Source: a bacterium (GTDB lineage: Bacteria > SAR324 > XYD2-FULL-50-16). Taken from it: a DNA stretch of 64,000 nt. Shown here one piece after another: positions 27,664-37,385 of the stretch. The notes under the pieces were generated by a model, which was not told the DNA's origin, did not search any database, and saw nothing but the letters and a program-made list of their open reading frames with translations. Made by a program: the position numbers and the translations under genes. Position 1 is the stretch's first letter; each line of letters opens with the position of its first letter. The DNA is taken from positions 134,402 through 198,401 of the forward strand of contig JAVVEA010000005.1 in the NCBI GenBank assembly GCA_032250835.1, in the 5' to 3' direction.

Positions 27664-29649
27664 TTATTGAGCTTGGGGTTCTTCCCCTGCGGCTTCACCG
27701 CCGGTTGGTTCGGGCGTTTCAGTGGCTGCGGGTTCGACGGCTTCGGTAGTAGCTTCGGTAGCTGCTTCTTCTTTGGGCATTTCAGGAGCCTTAAGTTCAG
27801 CTACCCTAGCGTATAGATCTTGGCCGCAGAACTTGGGGTTCTCCACCAAGCTGTCTTCTTTGGTTTGGACCGGTTTGGCGTAAGCTGGATAACCTTGTAC
27901 CTGAAAGAAAGCCTTCGACTGGGCGGCTAGGTCACCGTAGGGCAAACTCAAGCAAACCTCTTTTTCCTGTTCCGGATAGGCCTTAAGCGCCGCAACCAAG
28001 GCGAGCAGGTAGCGGGTTTTCAGGTAACGATCCTCTACATTACGCGCCATCCCATTGCGCAGCGAGGTGGCCACCCGGATGAAGCTGGCCCCACCGGCCT
28101 TCAGGCTCGGCCAAGCAGCCGACAGCAAGGCCAGTTCGCGTTCTTGCTCCCATACCTCAGCACCTGCCAAAGCGTCGATCCGAGCCCGAAACTGAGCTTC
28201 TAAGGTCCGGGGATTCTCGATCAGATAACCGCGGTTCAAGGCATCGATCATGTGGTAATATAAGATCGACTTTAATTCTTTGGCCGTTGGACTTCCGTCA
28301 TAGCCGCGGTAAAAAATCCATTCCTGGGGCACCGTGAAGCCTTCGGTTTCCGTAGGCTTAGGCCCTTGTGTGTAGCGGCTGCCGGGCTTAAAAAGCTGGC
28401 GGTCTAGAATGGTTGCGGCATTGTTCAACCAGAACGCAGCCCCCAAATAGGCTCCGGGATTCGCCAAGTTAGCTTTGGGCGCGAAGCGCACCGAGGCCAA
28501 CATCTGAGAATCCGCCTCCTTTTCTGCCCGCCGCTTAGCTTCTAGCTGTTCGGCAATGGCCGTGGCTGGTTGGTTTTCGTTGATTTCGGTCTGTTCCTTG
28601 GCTTTGGCTTCAAAGGCGGCTCGGTTAAAGTCCCCTTGGTATAAGTCAGGGTGATAACCTTTTAACTTATTGGCAGCCGCAGCGAGCAGCGGCAGGCGGT
28701 CCTGGGGAAAAAGCCCTTCGTCTTCCAAGCCCTGGACTTGTTCGGCCAAATCCGCCATATCCTCGACATAAGCCACCGAAGCCGCAGCCATCAATAAACC
28801 GGAACTAACTTCCGGGGCCAAGTCGCTGTAGGCTAGCAATTCATCGAGGTCATCAATCAAGTCTTCTTTCCACTCCACCTGCTCTGCCCGGTCGTCTTTA
28901 CGGCATTGCATTTGGGATTTATCTTCCTCGGTGACGATGCTTTTTTTAATGATCGTTGCGGGAATCCCTTTGGGGCGATTGGCCTCGGTCAGACCCGCCA
29001 AAGCAGGGTTGGGGATCTCTTGGGAAATCTCTCGGGTAGTGGTCTTATAACCCATCTTCAAGCAGACGGGCTCAGCACTCAATACATCGGCAAAGGCCAA
29101 GGCCGTTTGGTATTGCAGATAAGAATCAACTTGGCCGAAGTGGTCTTTCAAAAATTCCACTGCCTCGGCACGTTCGTCTTCATCGGCTAAGATCAGTTCC
29201 TCTTCTGTGCCGTCGATCAGCGTCAGTGAAAACTGTCCGGTGGCAATCTCGGCTTTGGCGCGGATGGCTTCAACCGCCAGGGCCACATCCCCAGAAGTCA
29301 AAATTGCCGAAACCCGGGAATCGGCTTTGTCGCGTACGTCGCCATCGCTAGCGTAAGCTGCGATAAAGACCAAACCGCGCACAGCCATTTGGCGTTTGGC
29401 GGGATCATCGGCCCATTTGGCTAAGTGGCGGAGCGAACGCACGGCGTTAAACTGTTGGGCCGTGTTGCCATCTGCCACTTCTTCGTAAAGCTTCTGCATC
29501 GAGAGGTCCAACTCGCGGTAGCTGGCGTCCTCACGTTCAAAAACGGCGTGGGTCAAGTATCCTTGGCTAGAACATCCAGCCAACACAAGGGCGCTCAGGG
29601 CGACGGCGAGAGAAGTTTTGAACCGGTTCATCGTCCTATCCATGATCAA
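27664..29649 (-). CDS. Large, largely helical lipoprotein
   Basis: Lipobox LAGC (start may be 29631); acidic Ala/Glu/Thr/Pro-rich C-terminal tail. Confidence 0.75.
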   Translation of the reverse strand: MIMDRTMNRFKTSLAVALSALVLAGCSSQGYLTHAVFEREDASYRELDLSMQKLYEEVADGNTAQQFNAVRSLRHLAKWADDPAKRQMAVRGLVFIAAYASDGDVRDKADSRVSAILTSGDVALAVEAIRAKAEIATGQFSLTLIDGTEEELILADEDERAEAVEFLKDHFGQVDSYLQYQTALAFADVLSAEPVCLKMGYKTTTREISQEIPNPALAGLTEANRPKGIPATIIKKSIVTEEDKSQMQCRKDDRAEQVEWKEDLIDDLDELLAYSDLAPEVSSGLLMAAASVAYVEDMADLAEQVQGLEDEGLFPQDRLPLLAAAANKLKGYHPDLYQGDFNRAAFEAKAKEQTEINENQPATAIAEQLEAKRRAEKEADSQMLASVRFAPKANLANPGAYLGAAFWLNNAATILDRQLFKPGSRYTQGPKPTETEGFTVPQEWIFYRGYDGSPTAKELKSILYYHMIDALNRGYLIENPRTLEAQFRARIDALAGAEVWEQERELALLSAAWPSLKAGGASFIRVATSLRNGMARNVEDRYLKTRYLLALVAALKAYPEQEKEVCLSLPYGDLAAQSKAFFQVQGYPAYAKPVQTKEDSLVENPKFCGQDLYARVAELKAPEMPKEEAATEATTEAVEPAATETPEPTGGEAAGEEPQAQ

Positions 29650-30737
29650 AAGTTAAAGGAGATTTGCACAGAGGTCCGTTTGTCTTCTTTGGCACCGGCG
29701 GCGGCGCCAACCTCTTCGGACCAGCTAGCATAATCGATCATAAAGGGCAGATAGGGAGGGTTCAGCGACAGGCCCGTGGTGGTATAGGGTCCCTTGCGCC
29801 CAAAACGCAGCGCCAGCGCATGGTGGTTGTTTGAACGGGGCCAAAAGCCCAGTTCCATACCCATGTTCAGGTTGCGTTGGAAGGACTTTTTCTCGGTAGC
29901 TTGGTAGGTTGCGTCCACCAAGTCCACCGCGCCAATAACGTCAACACCCAGGACTTCGGATTCCGATGCGACACCAAAGTCGATGGTGGTCGGGAGCGTT
30001 CCCGTACTGCCAAAGTCCATGCCTCCGATGTTTTTCATCACCGCCGAAAAGCTTAAAAAGGCATTATAAAAACGGTCGTAATGATAGGTAACGCCTACGT
30101 CTGGGGAGATGCGGGAGGTATTGACGAACTCGTCTTGGATATTGTCGGCAAAGTCATCATCCAAGAGGTCTACGATATGCACGGTCTTACCGATACCGGC
30201 TCGTTGCACGTATTTCATCGAGACGCCCACATCCAATGACTGATCCCAAAGGGTGAAGGCGAAGCCGCCGATCAGGCCCGCTTGCACGTAAGCCAGTGTT
30301 TCAAAGTAAGGGACGGTAGGGTTGTGCACCTGTTGGTCCAAGACCAAGTTATTAAAGAAAGAGTAACCCCAATAGGGTGCCGTAAAGCTCAGCAACCCGG
30401 TGCCCGCTTCTACGTACAGCTTTTCTCCCACAAACTCGCCCATCTTAGCCGTTGACTCATCGGAATCCGCTTGGCTCAGGTCAATCAAGTTTTGGTTTAA
30501 GGTCGCGTTGACCGAGAGAATCTCAAACATACTCCGCTTGACTGAGGCCAACCCGGCGGGGTTGTAAAAGAGGCTTGATTCGTCGTTTGCTGCGGCCACA
30601 AAGGCGTTACCCATACCCAGCGCGCGGATGGACAAACGCAGGTGTTGGGGCTCGTCTGCTGTGACTTTGGGGGCCCCGTAGAGAGCCAAAGTACCAGCAA
30701 GGAGCAAACAGCTGAGGATCGGTCGTATTCGTGCCAT
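29646..30737 (-). CDS. Outer-membrane beta-barrel of FadL/PorV/TraF_2 type
   Basis: Signal peptide; RALGMGNAFVA...FYNPAGL hatch motif; alternating beta-strands; C-terminal F-N-F. Confidence 0.8.
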   Translation of the reverse strand: MARIRPILSCLLLAGTLALYGAPKVTADEPQHLRLSIRALGMGNAFVAAANDESSLFYNPAGLASVKRSMFEILSVNATLNQNLIDLSQADSDESTAKMGEFVGEKLYVEAGTGLLSFTAPYWGYSFFNNLVLDQQVHNPTVPYFETLAYVQAGLIGGFAFTLWDQSLDVGVSMKYVQRAGIGKTVHIVDLLDDDFADNIQDEFVNTSRISPDVGVTYHYDRFYNAFLSFSAVMKNIGGMDFGSTGTLPTTIDFGVASESEVLGVDVIGAVDLVDATYQATEKKSFQRNLNMGMELGFWPRSNNHHALALRFGRKGPYTTTGLSLNPPYLPFMIDYASWSEEVGAAAGAKEDKRTSVQISFNF

Positions 30738-31032
30738 AATCGGTTCGCGAAGATAATCCTATTACAGCGCCAGCCATTGCTGCGCCTGTGTTTATAGTTA
30801 AAGCTTGCCCGATGGTAAGCTATTTTTTTTCATCCTGTCAATTTAACAAGTTACTCGAGAAGCTGCATTTGCCTCTACTCTAGGCTCCCGCAATGAATCC
30901 GCCGTCCTGTTGCGCCAAGCTCACCAAAAGCCAATATCCGGCACTAGGGCACTTGCCAAGGGCAGAGTATGCTGATAGCCAATATGCTAGGGGCTCAGCC
31001 CCATCCAACAACCCAACGAAAATAAGTTCAGC

Positions 31033-32937
31033 ATGAAAATCAATCTACCTGATTCCTCCATTGAAGAGCTACCCGAAAATGCTTCTGGCATCGACTTAGC
31101 TCGCAAGGTAAAGAAGTCCTTCGAAGGCCCCGCTTTGGCGGTGAAGATCAACGGCCAATTAAAGGACCTCAACACCGCCCTAAAAGACGGGGATCAAGCA
31201 GAGATATTGAGCTTTTCTAGCGACGAAGGCAAAGCGCTCTTCTGGCACAGTTCGGCGCACCTGATGGCTCAGGCGATCCAAAGACTCTTCCCCGAAGCCC
31301 AACCAACCATCGGCCCCTCGATCGAACAAGGCTTTTACTACGACTTTGCGAACCTAGAGATCCATGAAGAGGACCTAGAGCGCATCGAAACCGAGATGTT
31401 AAAAATCGTCTCGGAGCGCCCCGAGCCCCAGCGTATCGAATACACTTCAAAAGCCGAGGCCCTGGCCCAGTTTGGATCAAACCCCTTCAAACAGGAAATG
31501 ATCGAGCAGCTAGAAGAAGGGCTTTCGGCTTACCAACAAGGCGATTTTGTGGACCTCTGCCGGGGACCGCACCTACCGCACCTAGGCCTCGTACAGGCCG
31601 TCAAGGTACTTAAAACCTCGGGGGCCTATTGGCGCGCCGATGCCACCAAAGAGCAGCTAACTAGAGTTTACGGGATCAGCTTCCCGGACAAAAAGCAGCT
31701 CAAAGCCTACTTAACTTTTTTAGAAGAAGCCAAGAAACGGGACCACCGCATCTTAGGTAGGCAATTGGGCTTATTCAGCTTCCACCCCGAAGGGCCGGGC
31801 ATGCCCTTCTTCCACCCTAAGGGCATGATCCTTTGGGATGAGTTGATGGCTTATTGGGAAGAAGAACACAAAAAAGAAGGCTACCTCAAGATCAAGACCC
31901 CGGTCATGCTGAGCCAAGAGCTTTGGGAACGCTCGGGCCACTGGGGCTACTACCGAGAAAACATGTATGTCTCGGAGATCGAGGACAAACATTTTGCCAT
32001 CAAGCCCATGAACTGCCCCGGAGCCATGCTCTTTTACAACGAAGGTCAGTACAGCTACCGCCAGCTCCCCCTCCGCATCGGCGAGATCGGCAATGTCCAC
32101 CGCCACGAGATGTCCGGCGCCCTTTCGGGCCTCTTTCGGGTCCGCAGCTTCCATCAGGACGACGCACATATATATATGAAGCCTGAGGATGTAGAGTCCG
32201 AAATCTTAAATGTACTGCAATTGGCCGACCGGATGTATTCCACCTTCGGTTTGACCTACCACTTAGAGCTTTCCACCCGTCCCGAAAAGTCCATCGGTAC
32301 CGACGCAGATTGGGAATTGGCCACCAACGCCCTAATCCATGCGCTCCAGCAAGGCGGCCATGATTACGTGGTTAATCCAGGCGACGGGGCCTTCTATGGC
32401 CCTAAAGTGGACATCCACATTAAAGACGCCATCGGACGGACTTGGCAGTGTGGGACCATCCAGCTAGACATGTTCCTACCCGAACGTTTTGACCTCTCCT
32501 ACATCGCTCAAGATGGCAGCAAAAAACGACCGGTGATGATCCACCGAGTGGTCTACGGCAGCATCGAGCGCTTTTACGGAATCTTGGTGGAGCATTACGC
32601 CGGAAAGTTGCCCCTTTGGCTCGCGCCGGAGCAACTCCGGATCATTGCCATCAGCGAAACCCACCACGACTATGCCCAGCAAATCCTGGCCCAATTCCGA
32701 GCGGCTGGTTTGCGGGCCGAAGCGGATTTAGAGAGCGAGTCGGTGAACAAAAAAATCCGCAGCGCCCAGGTGGACCAAATCAACTATATTTTGGTCGTCG
32801 GCGACCAGGAGATTGAAGCAGGCACCGCCACGGTACGCGCCGGGAATCAGGTCTTGGGTGCCCAGCCTATCGAGCGGATCATCGCCGCACTGACCGACGA
32901 AATCATGTCCCGCGCAGATCGCCGCAACCTTGTCTGA
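31033..32937 (+). CDS. thrS: Threonyl-tRNA synthetase
   Basis: TGS N-terminus, HSSAH, DLCRGPH, RDHR, KPMNCP, GAFYGPK. Confidence 0.97.
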   Translation: MKINLPDSSIEELPENASGIDLARKVKKSFEGPALAVKINGQLKDLNTALKDGDQAEILSFSSDEGKALFWHSSAHLMAQAIQRLFPEAQPTIGPSIEQGFYYDFANLEIHEEDLERIETEMLKIVSERPEPQRIEYTSKAEALAQFGSNPFKQEMIEQLEEGLSAYQQGDFVDLCRGPHLPHLGLVQAVKVLKTSGAYWRADATKEQLTRVYGISFPDKKQLKAYLTFLEEAKKRDHRILGRQLGLFSFHPEGPGMPFFHPKGMILWDELMAYWEEEHKKEGYLKIKTPVMLSQELWERSGHWGYYRENMYVSEIEDKHFAIKPMNCPGAMLFYNEGQYSYRQLPLRIGEIGNVHRHEMSGALSGLFRVRSFHQDDAHIYMKPEDVESEILNVLQLADRMYSTFGLTYHLELSTRPEKSIGTDADWELATNALIHALQQGGHDYVVNPGDGAFYGPKVDIHIKDAIGRTWQCGTIQLDMFLPERFDLSYIAQDGSKKRPVMIHRVVYGSIERFYGILVEHYAGKLPLWLAPEQLRIIAISETHHDYAQQILAQFRAAGLRAEADLESESVNKKIRSAQVDQINYILVVGDQEIEAGTATVRAGNQVLGAQPIERIIAALTDEIMSRADRRNLV

Positions 32938-33934
32938 GCCGGTTTCGGTCCTGATCACCTGTTACCAGGGGGCCCCCTATTTGGCCCCCTGTCTTGAAAG
33001 CGTCTTGACCCAAAGTTTAAGCGATTTTGAGTTAGTTGTCATCGACGATGGCAGCGACGACCAGAGCCCTGAAATCCTCCGTGCCTTCGCCGCCAAAGAC
33101 CGGCGGGTCCGCCCCTTCTTCCTCCCCAAAAACACAGGCGTCCCCGAGGCAGCCAACTTCGGCTTGGCGCAGTTAAGGCACCCTTGGGTCGCCCGATTAG
33201 ACGCCGACGACCTGATGTTACCTGAGCGACTTGAGGCCCAACGGGCCCTTGCCGAAGAAACCGGAGGCCTAGTGGGCAGCCAAGTGCAGTTGATCGGCAA
33301 AACCACCCGAGGCCAGCGAGAATATATTGCCTGGAGCAATGGCCTGCTCACGCCCGAGGACATCAGCCGCGAAAGCTACCGCGAACTGCCCTTACCCCAC
33401 CCTAGTTGGTTTGGGCCTAAGGAGTTGTTCAGCAGCCAAAATTACCGCCAAATGTCTTGGGCCGAAGATTACGACTTACTGATGCGAAGCCTACAAGCTG
33501 GCTGGCCGGTCCACAAAGTACCGGAGCTGTTGACGCAAAAACGTGAAACTGGCGTCGGGTTGTCCTCCTGGGCCAGCCCCTACAAACGACCCGCCATGTT
33601 CTCGGCCAAGGCCCACTTCTTGGTCCGCTCTGGATTGGGGTCGGAGCGACCCTGGTGGGTCTTTGGCTCCGGTCCTTCGGGCCGACTGCTGGCCAAGGCA
33701 CTGCTGGACCAAGGCCAATCGGTGGCCGGTTTTATGGATAACGTAAGCGGGAAGGGTCGCCGGGTTTTGGGGTTGCCGGTTCGGCATTTGAGCGCAGAGG
33801 GCACTGAGTTAGAAGACCTAGATTCGGCCTTTAAACTGCTTTGTATCGGCCAGCCCAAGGCCCGCAAACAAATGATCCGCTTGCTAGAGGCGCGCGGCGA
33901 AAGGGAGGGGCAGGACTGGATCGCCCTGCTTTAG
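32930..33934 (+). CDS. Glycosyltransferase family 2
   Basis: IDDGSDD, RLDADD (DxD) and EDYD motifs; C-terminal Rossmann-like segment. Confidence 0.88.
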   Translation: MSEPVSVLITCYQGAPYLAPCLESVLTQSLSDFELVVIDDGSDDQSPEILRAFAAKDRRVRPFFLPKNTGVPEAANFGLAQLRHPWVARLDADDLMLPERLEAQRALAEETGGLVGSQVQLIGKTTRGQREYIAWSNGLLTPEDISRESYRELPLPHPSWFGPKELFSSQNYRQMSWAEDYDLLMRSLQAGWPVHKVPELLTQKRETGVGLSSWASPYKRPAMFSAKAHFLVRSGLGSERPWWVFGSGPSGRLLAKALLDQGQSVAGFMDNVSGKGRRVLGLPVRHLSAEGTELEDLDSAFKLLCIGQPKARKQMIRLLEARGEREGQDWIALL

Positions 33935-35622
33935 CCGGTCACCTCGTTGGCATGCTCCAAGACCTTAGGAATCCGCAAGATAAAACGCGCCCCTTCACCG
34001 AGCTGGCTTTCCACCCGGATATCCCCGTCCATCTTAGCTCGGACTAGGTTATACAAGATATGTAACCCCAGGCCGGTGCCGCCACGCCCCGAACTGGTCG
34101 TGAAAAAGGGTTCAAATATACGCGGCAGGTTTTCTGGGGAAATCCCTTTGCCGTTGTCTTCGTAGGTCAGTTCGATCTTTTGTTTTACCTCAAATACCTT
34201 CACGGTGATCTTCGCTGCTTGACCTTCTTCAAAACCATGGCGGAGCGAGTTTTGTACTAGGTTTACGATCACCTGCCCCAAAGCGCCGGGATAACCGCGG
34301 ATAGCCAACTCTTCGTCGCATTGCAGCAACACCTCAGGTTTAAAGGCCTTCATTTCCGGCTCTAGGCTTTTGAAGGTAGCCCGCAGGTATTCACAGAGCT
34401 TAAAATCTTGTAATTCAAAACGGGTTTGGTCTACCGCCACCCGCTTAAAGCCTTGGATCAGTTCGGAAGCACGTTCCAAGTTGGCCAACATAATCTCGGC
34501 CATCTCACGGTTTTTCGTAAGGTAAAGCTCAAAATCCTCTTGGCTCAAATCGCCCTTCTGGTGAGCCTCTTCTAGCTTAACGATTCTCGAAAGTACCGAA
34601 CTGGCCCCTGTAACCCCAATGCCAATCGGCGTATTCAACTCGTGGGCCACCCCGGCAACCAAGCTCCCCAAGCTGGCCATGGTACGCGATTCGATCAAGG
34701 CATCTTGGGTGTTTTTTAATTCCGCTAAGAGCTGTTCCAGCTCCACGTTGGATTCCTCCAACTGGGCTTGATAGGCTTGCATCTCGGCCTGTCGGCTTTT
34801 GCGTTGCACCAACTCGACGGCCAACCTTTCCGCCTCCCGTTCTTTAGAAATCCGGTGGTCTATGTGCCCGGCAATGGACTCCAAAAGATAGTTTACCCGC
34901 AACACGATCAGCGAAAACTCGTCCGACTCGTGCCCCAGGGGTACATTCAACCGACCGGATTCAGGCTTTTGGGGGTCTAGGGCGCTGAGCTGCTCGGTCA
35001 GGTCCACAAAGGGCCGGGTTAAATATCGATTAAATGCCCACAGCAACACCCCCGCTAAGGCAAGGTTGCGTAAAACCCCGGCGGTCAGAACCCAGATCAC
35101 TCGATTTAAAAACAGCTTCCCCGAGTTGTAGGTATCGATCCAAACCTCAACTTCCCCCACCTCCTGCACGTTGGCCATAGCCATCAAAAAATCGGGGGCC
35201 GCCTGATAGTTTAGGGTTTTCTTAAAGGAGCGGAAGGGACCAAAAAGCCAATCGACCAAGACGCGGTAAGGCCCCTGGCGTAACGCTCCGGACTGCGCGG
35301 CTAAGATTTCCCCGTCTGCATCTCGCAGTTCGGCGCGGTAAACTGGCTGGTAGCTAAAATAGCCAACGATCAATGCCTTGGCGTATTTTGAGTCCCGGCG
35401 GTAGGCGGCAAAGGAGGCCGGTTGGTCTAAAATCTCAAGGAACTGCCGGCTAGTCTTCTCCAGTCGCCCAACCTCCTCATCTAAATCCAAGGCCAACTGC
35501 ACAAAACTAAAAACCAACCCCAACAGCACCGCAGCCACCAAGGCCCACCTAGTTTGGCGGACCGATAGGCGATTGCGTCGGGAAATTTTTACGTTCAGCG
35601 GTGTGGTTTGTAGGGGGTCCAT
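33931..35622 (-). CDS. Membrane sensor histidine kinase
   Basis: Two TM segments, HAMP-like region, H-box AHELNTPIG, DNGKG, GTGLGL. Confidence 0.92.
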   Translation of the reverse strand: MDPLQTTPLNVKISRRNRLSVRQTRWALVAAVLLGLVFSFVQLALDLDEEVGRLEKTSRQFLEILDQPASFAAYRRDSKYAKALIVGYFSYQPVYRAELRDADGEILAAQSGALRQGPYRVLVDWLFGPFRSFKKTLNYQAAPDFLMAMANVQEVGEVEVWIDTYNSGKLFLNRVIWVLTAGVLRNLALAGVLLWAFNRYLTRPFVDLTEQLSALDPQKPESGRLNVPLGHESDEFSLIVLRVNYLLESIAGHIDHRISKEREAERLAVELVQRKSRQAEMQAYQAQLEESNVELEQLLAELKNTQDALIESRTMASLGSLVAGVAHELNTPIGIGVTGASSVLSRIVKLEEAHQKGDLSQEDFELYLTKNREMAEIMLANLERASELIQGFKRVAVDQTRFELQDFKLCEYLRATFKSLEPEMKAFKPEVLLQCDEELAIRGYPGALGQVIVNLVQNSLRHGFEEGQAAKITVKVFEVKQKIELTYEDNGKGISPENLPRIFEPFFTTSSGRGGTGLGLHILYNLVRAKMDGDIRVESQLGEGARFILRIPKVLEHANEVTG

Positions 35623-35757
35623 GGCCGCAAGATAACCTAACCCAAAAACTTTTCCAAGTATTTTACCATTTTAGCTCAAGGTATTATTGCTTCGCTGGAT
35701 GCGCTGTGTTAGTCTCGCTCCAGAAAGGATTTCCAGGTTAAATTAAGAGAGCTGGCT

Positions 35758-37385
35758 ATGCCCAACGGACCCACCCCCTTCACTTCGCCGCAAGCCCCAA
35801 ACCAAGCCCGCCTAGCGAACAAAGCTGGAAGATTTTACTGGTAGACGACGAACCCTCGGTCCACCAAATCACCGAAAACGTTTTAAGCGACTTCAATATT
35901 CTGGGCCGTTCACTGGTTTGCCACAGCGCCTATAGCGAGTCCGAGGCCAAACGTCTTTTTAAAGACCACCCTGACGCGGCCGTTTGCTTGCTTGATGTGG
36001 TGATGGACTCCAAAGACACGGGCCTCAAGCTCGTGGATTTTGTCCGCAATGAGTTGGGCAACCACCAACTACGCATCGTCTTACGCACCGGGCAGCCGGG
36101 CATGGCCCCAGAGCGCCAAGTCTTTGAAACCTACGACATCAACGATTACAAAACCAAAACGGAGCTAACCGATACGCGGCTTTACCTGACGCTACTCGCG
36201 GCGTTGCGTGATTTTGATTCCATGGCGCGCCTGTCGAACCAAAAGGATTTTCTGGCCGACGTGATGGACAGCATGCCCGAGATGCATCTGGTGTTAGACC
36301 ACCAACTGCAAATCACCAACGTCAATGCCGAAGCCATTTCCTACCTTAAACGGGACCGCCATCAGATTGAAGGCAAGGGCTTTTTTGAGCTTTTCGACTG
36401 GCTCAGCGGAAAAGAACAACGCCTGCGCCAAGCGGTAACGCGGCGCGAAATCGCCCGCATGGAGCGGATCAAACGCAAAGGGCTGGGCGGCGGCCAATAC
36501 TTCGACCTTCTGGTCTATCCTTTGAGCACCCAGCCGGGCGTTGCGCTGGTGCTGCAAGACGTCACGCTCAAAAGACGCTATGAAGAAATGATGATCCAGT
36601 CCGAGAAGATGCTCTCGGTCGGCGGTTTAGCCGCCGGGGTGGCCCATGAGATCAACAACCCTCTGAGCACCATCCATCAAGCGGCCCAAAACGTTTCGAG
36701 GCGCTTAAGCGGCGATCTGCCCCAAAACCTCAAGACCGCAGAGGAATGCGGCTTGGATATGGCCGCTTTGCACAGCTACCTGGACAAACGCAAAGTATTG
36801 GAATTTTTAGACCATGTTACCGAAGCAGCGGAACGCGCCTCGTCGATCGTGGAGACCATGCTGCGCTTCTCGCGCCGCGCCGAGGCACGCAAGTCTTCAA
36901 CAGACCTCAACCAACTAGCGCTTTCGACAATCGAACTCGTGGGTAACGACTTAGACCTAAAAAAGCGTTACCACATCGACAAAATCCGCTTTAAAACCAG
37001 CCTTGAAGACCAACTCACCTTAACACCCGTCGAAGTAACGGAGGTGCAGCAGGTCTTTTATAACCTCATCAAAAACGCAGCCCAGGCCCTAAAAGAAGGT
37101 GAGGTAGCCAACCCCACCATCGAGATCAACACCCGCGCCGAAAAAGATGCGGTGGTGGTAGAGGTCTGTGATAACGGGCCGGGCATGAGCGAAGAAGTGA
37201 GGGCCCACATTTTAGAACCCTTTTACACCACCAAAGAGATCGGTGAAGGGACGGGGCTGGGCCTTGCTGTTAGTTATTTTATTGTCACCAACAACCACGG
37301 CGGGCAATTTGAAATCCACTCCGAGCCCGGTCAAGGGACTCAAGTCCATTTAAAGTTCCCCCTAGTGGACCAACATGCAGATTAA
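35758..37385 (+). CDS. REC-PAS histidine kinase with an apparent 1-nt frameshift near the 5' end
   Basis: The frame of ORF 35988 extends upstream through WKILLVDDE but has no ATG/GTG/TTG start. The ATG at 35758, with a purine-rich RBS, is one base out of frame. H-box HEINNPL. Confidence 0.8.

Noticed and set aside
29646-30737. Conjugative element, suggested by TraF_2-like similarity
   Set aside because: No relaxase, coupling protein, VirB4 or integrase nearby; the neighbours are housekeeping genes.
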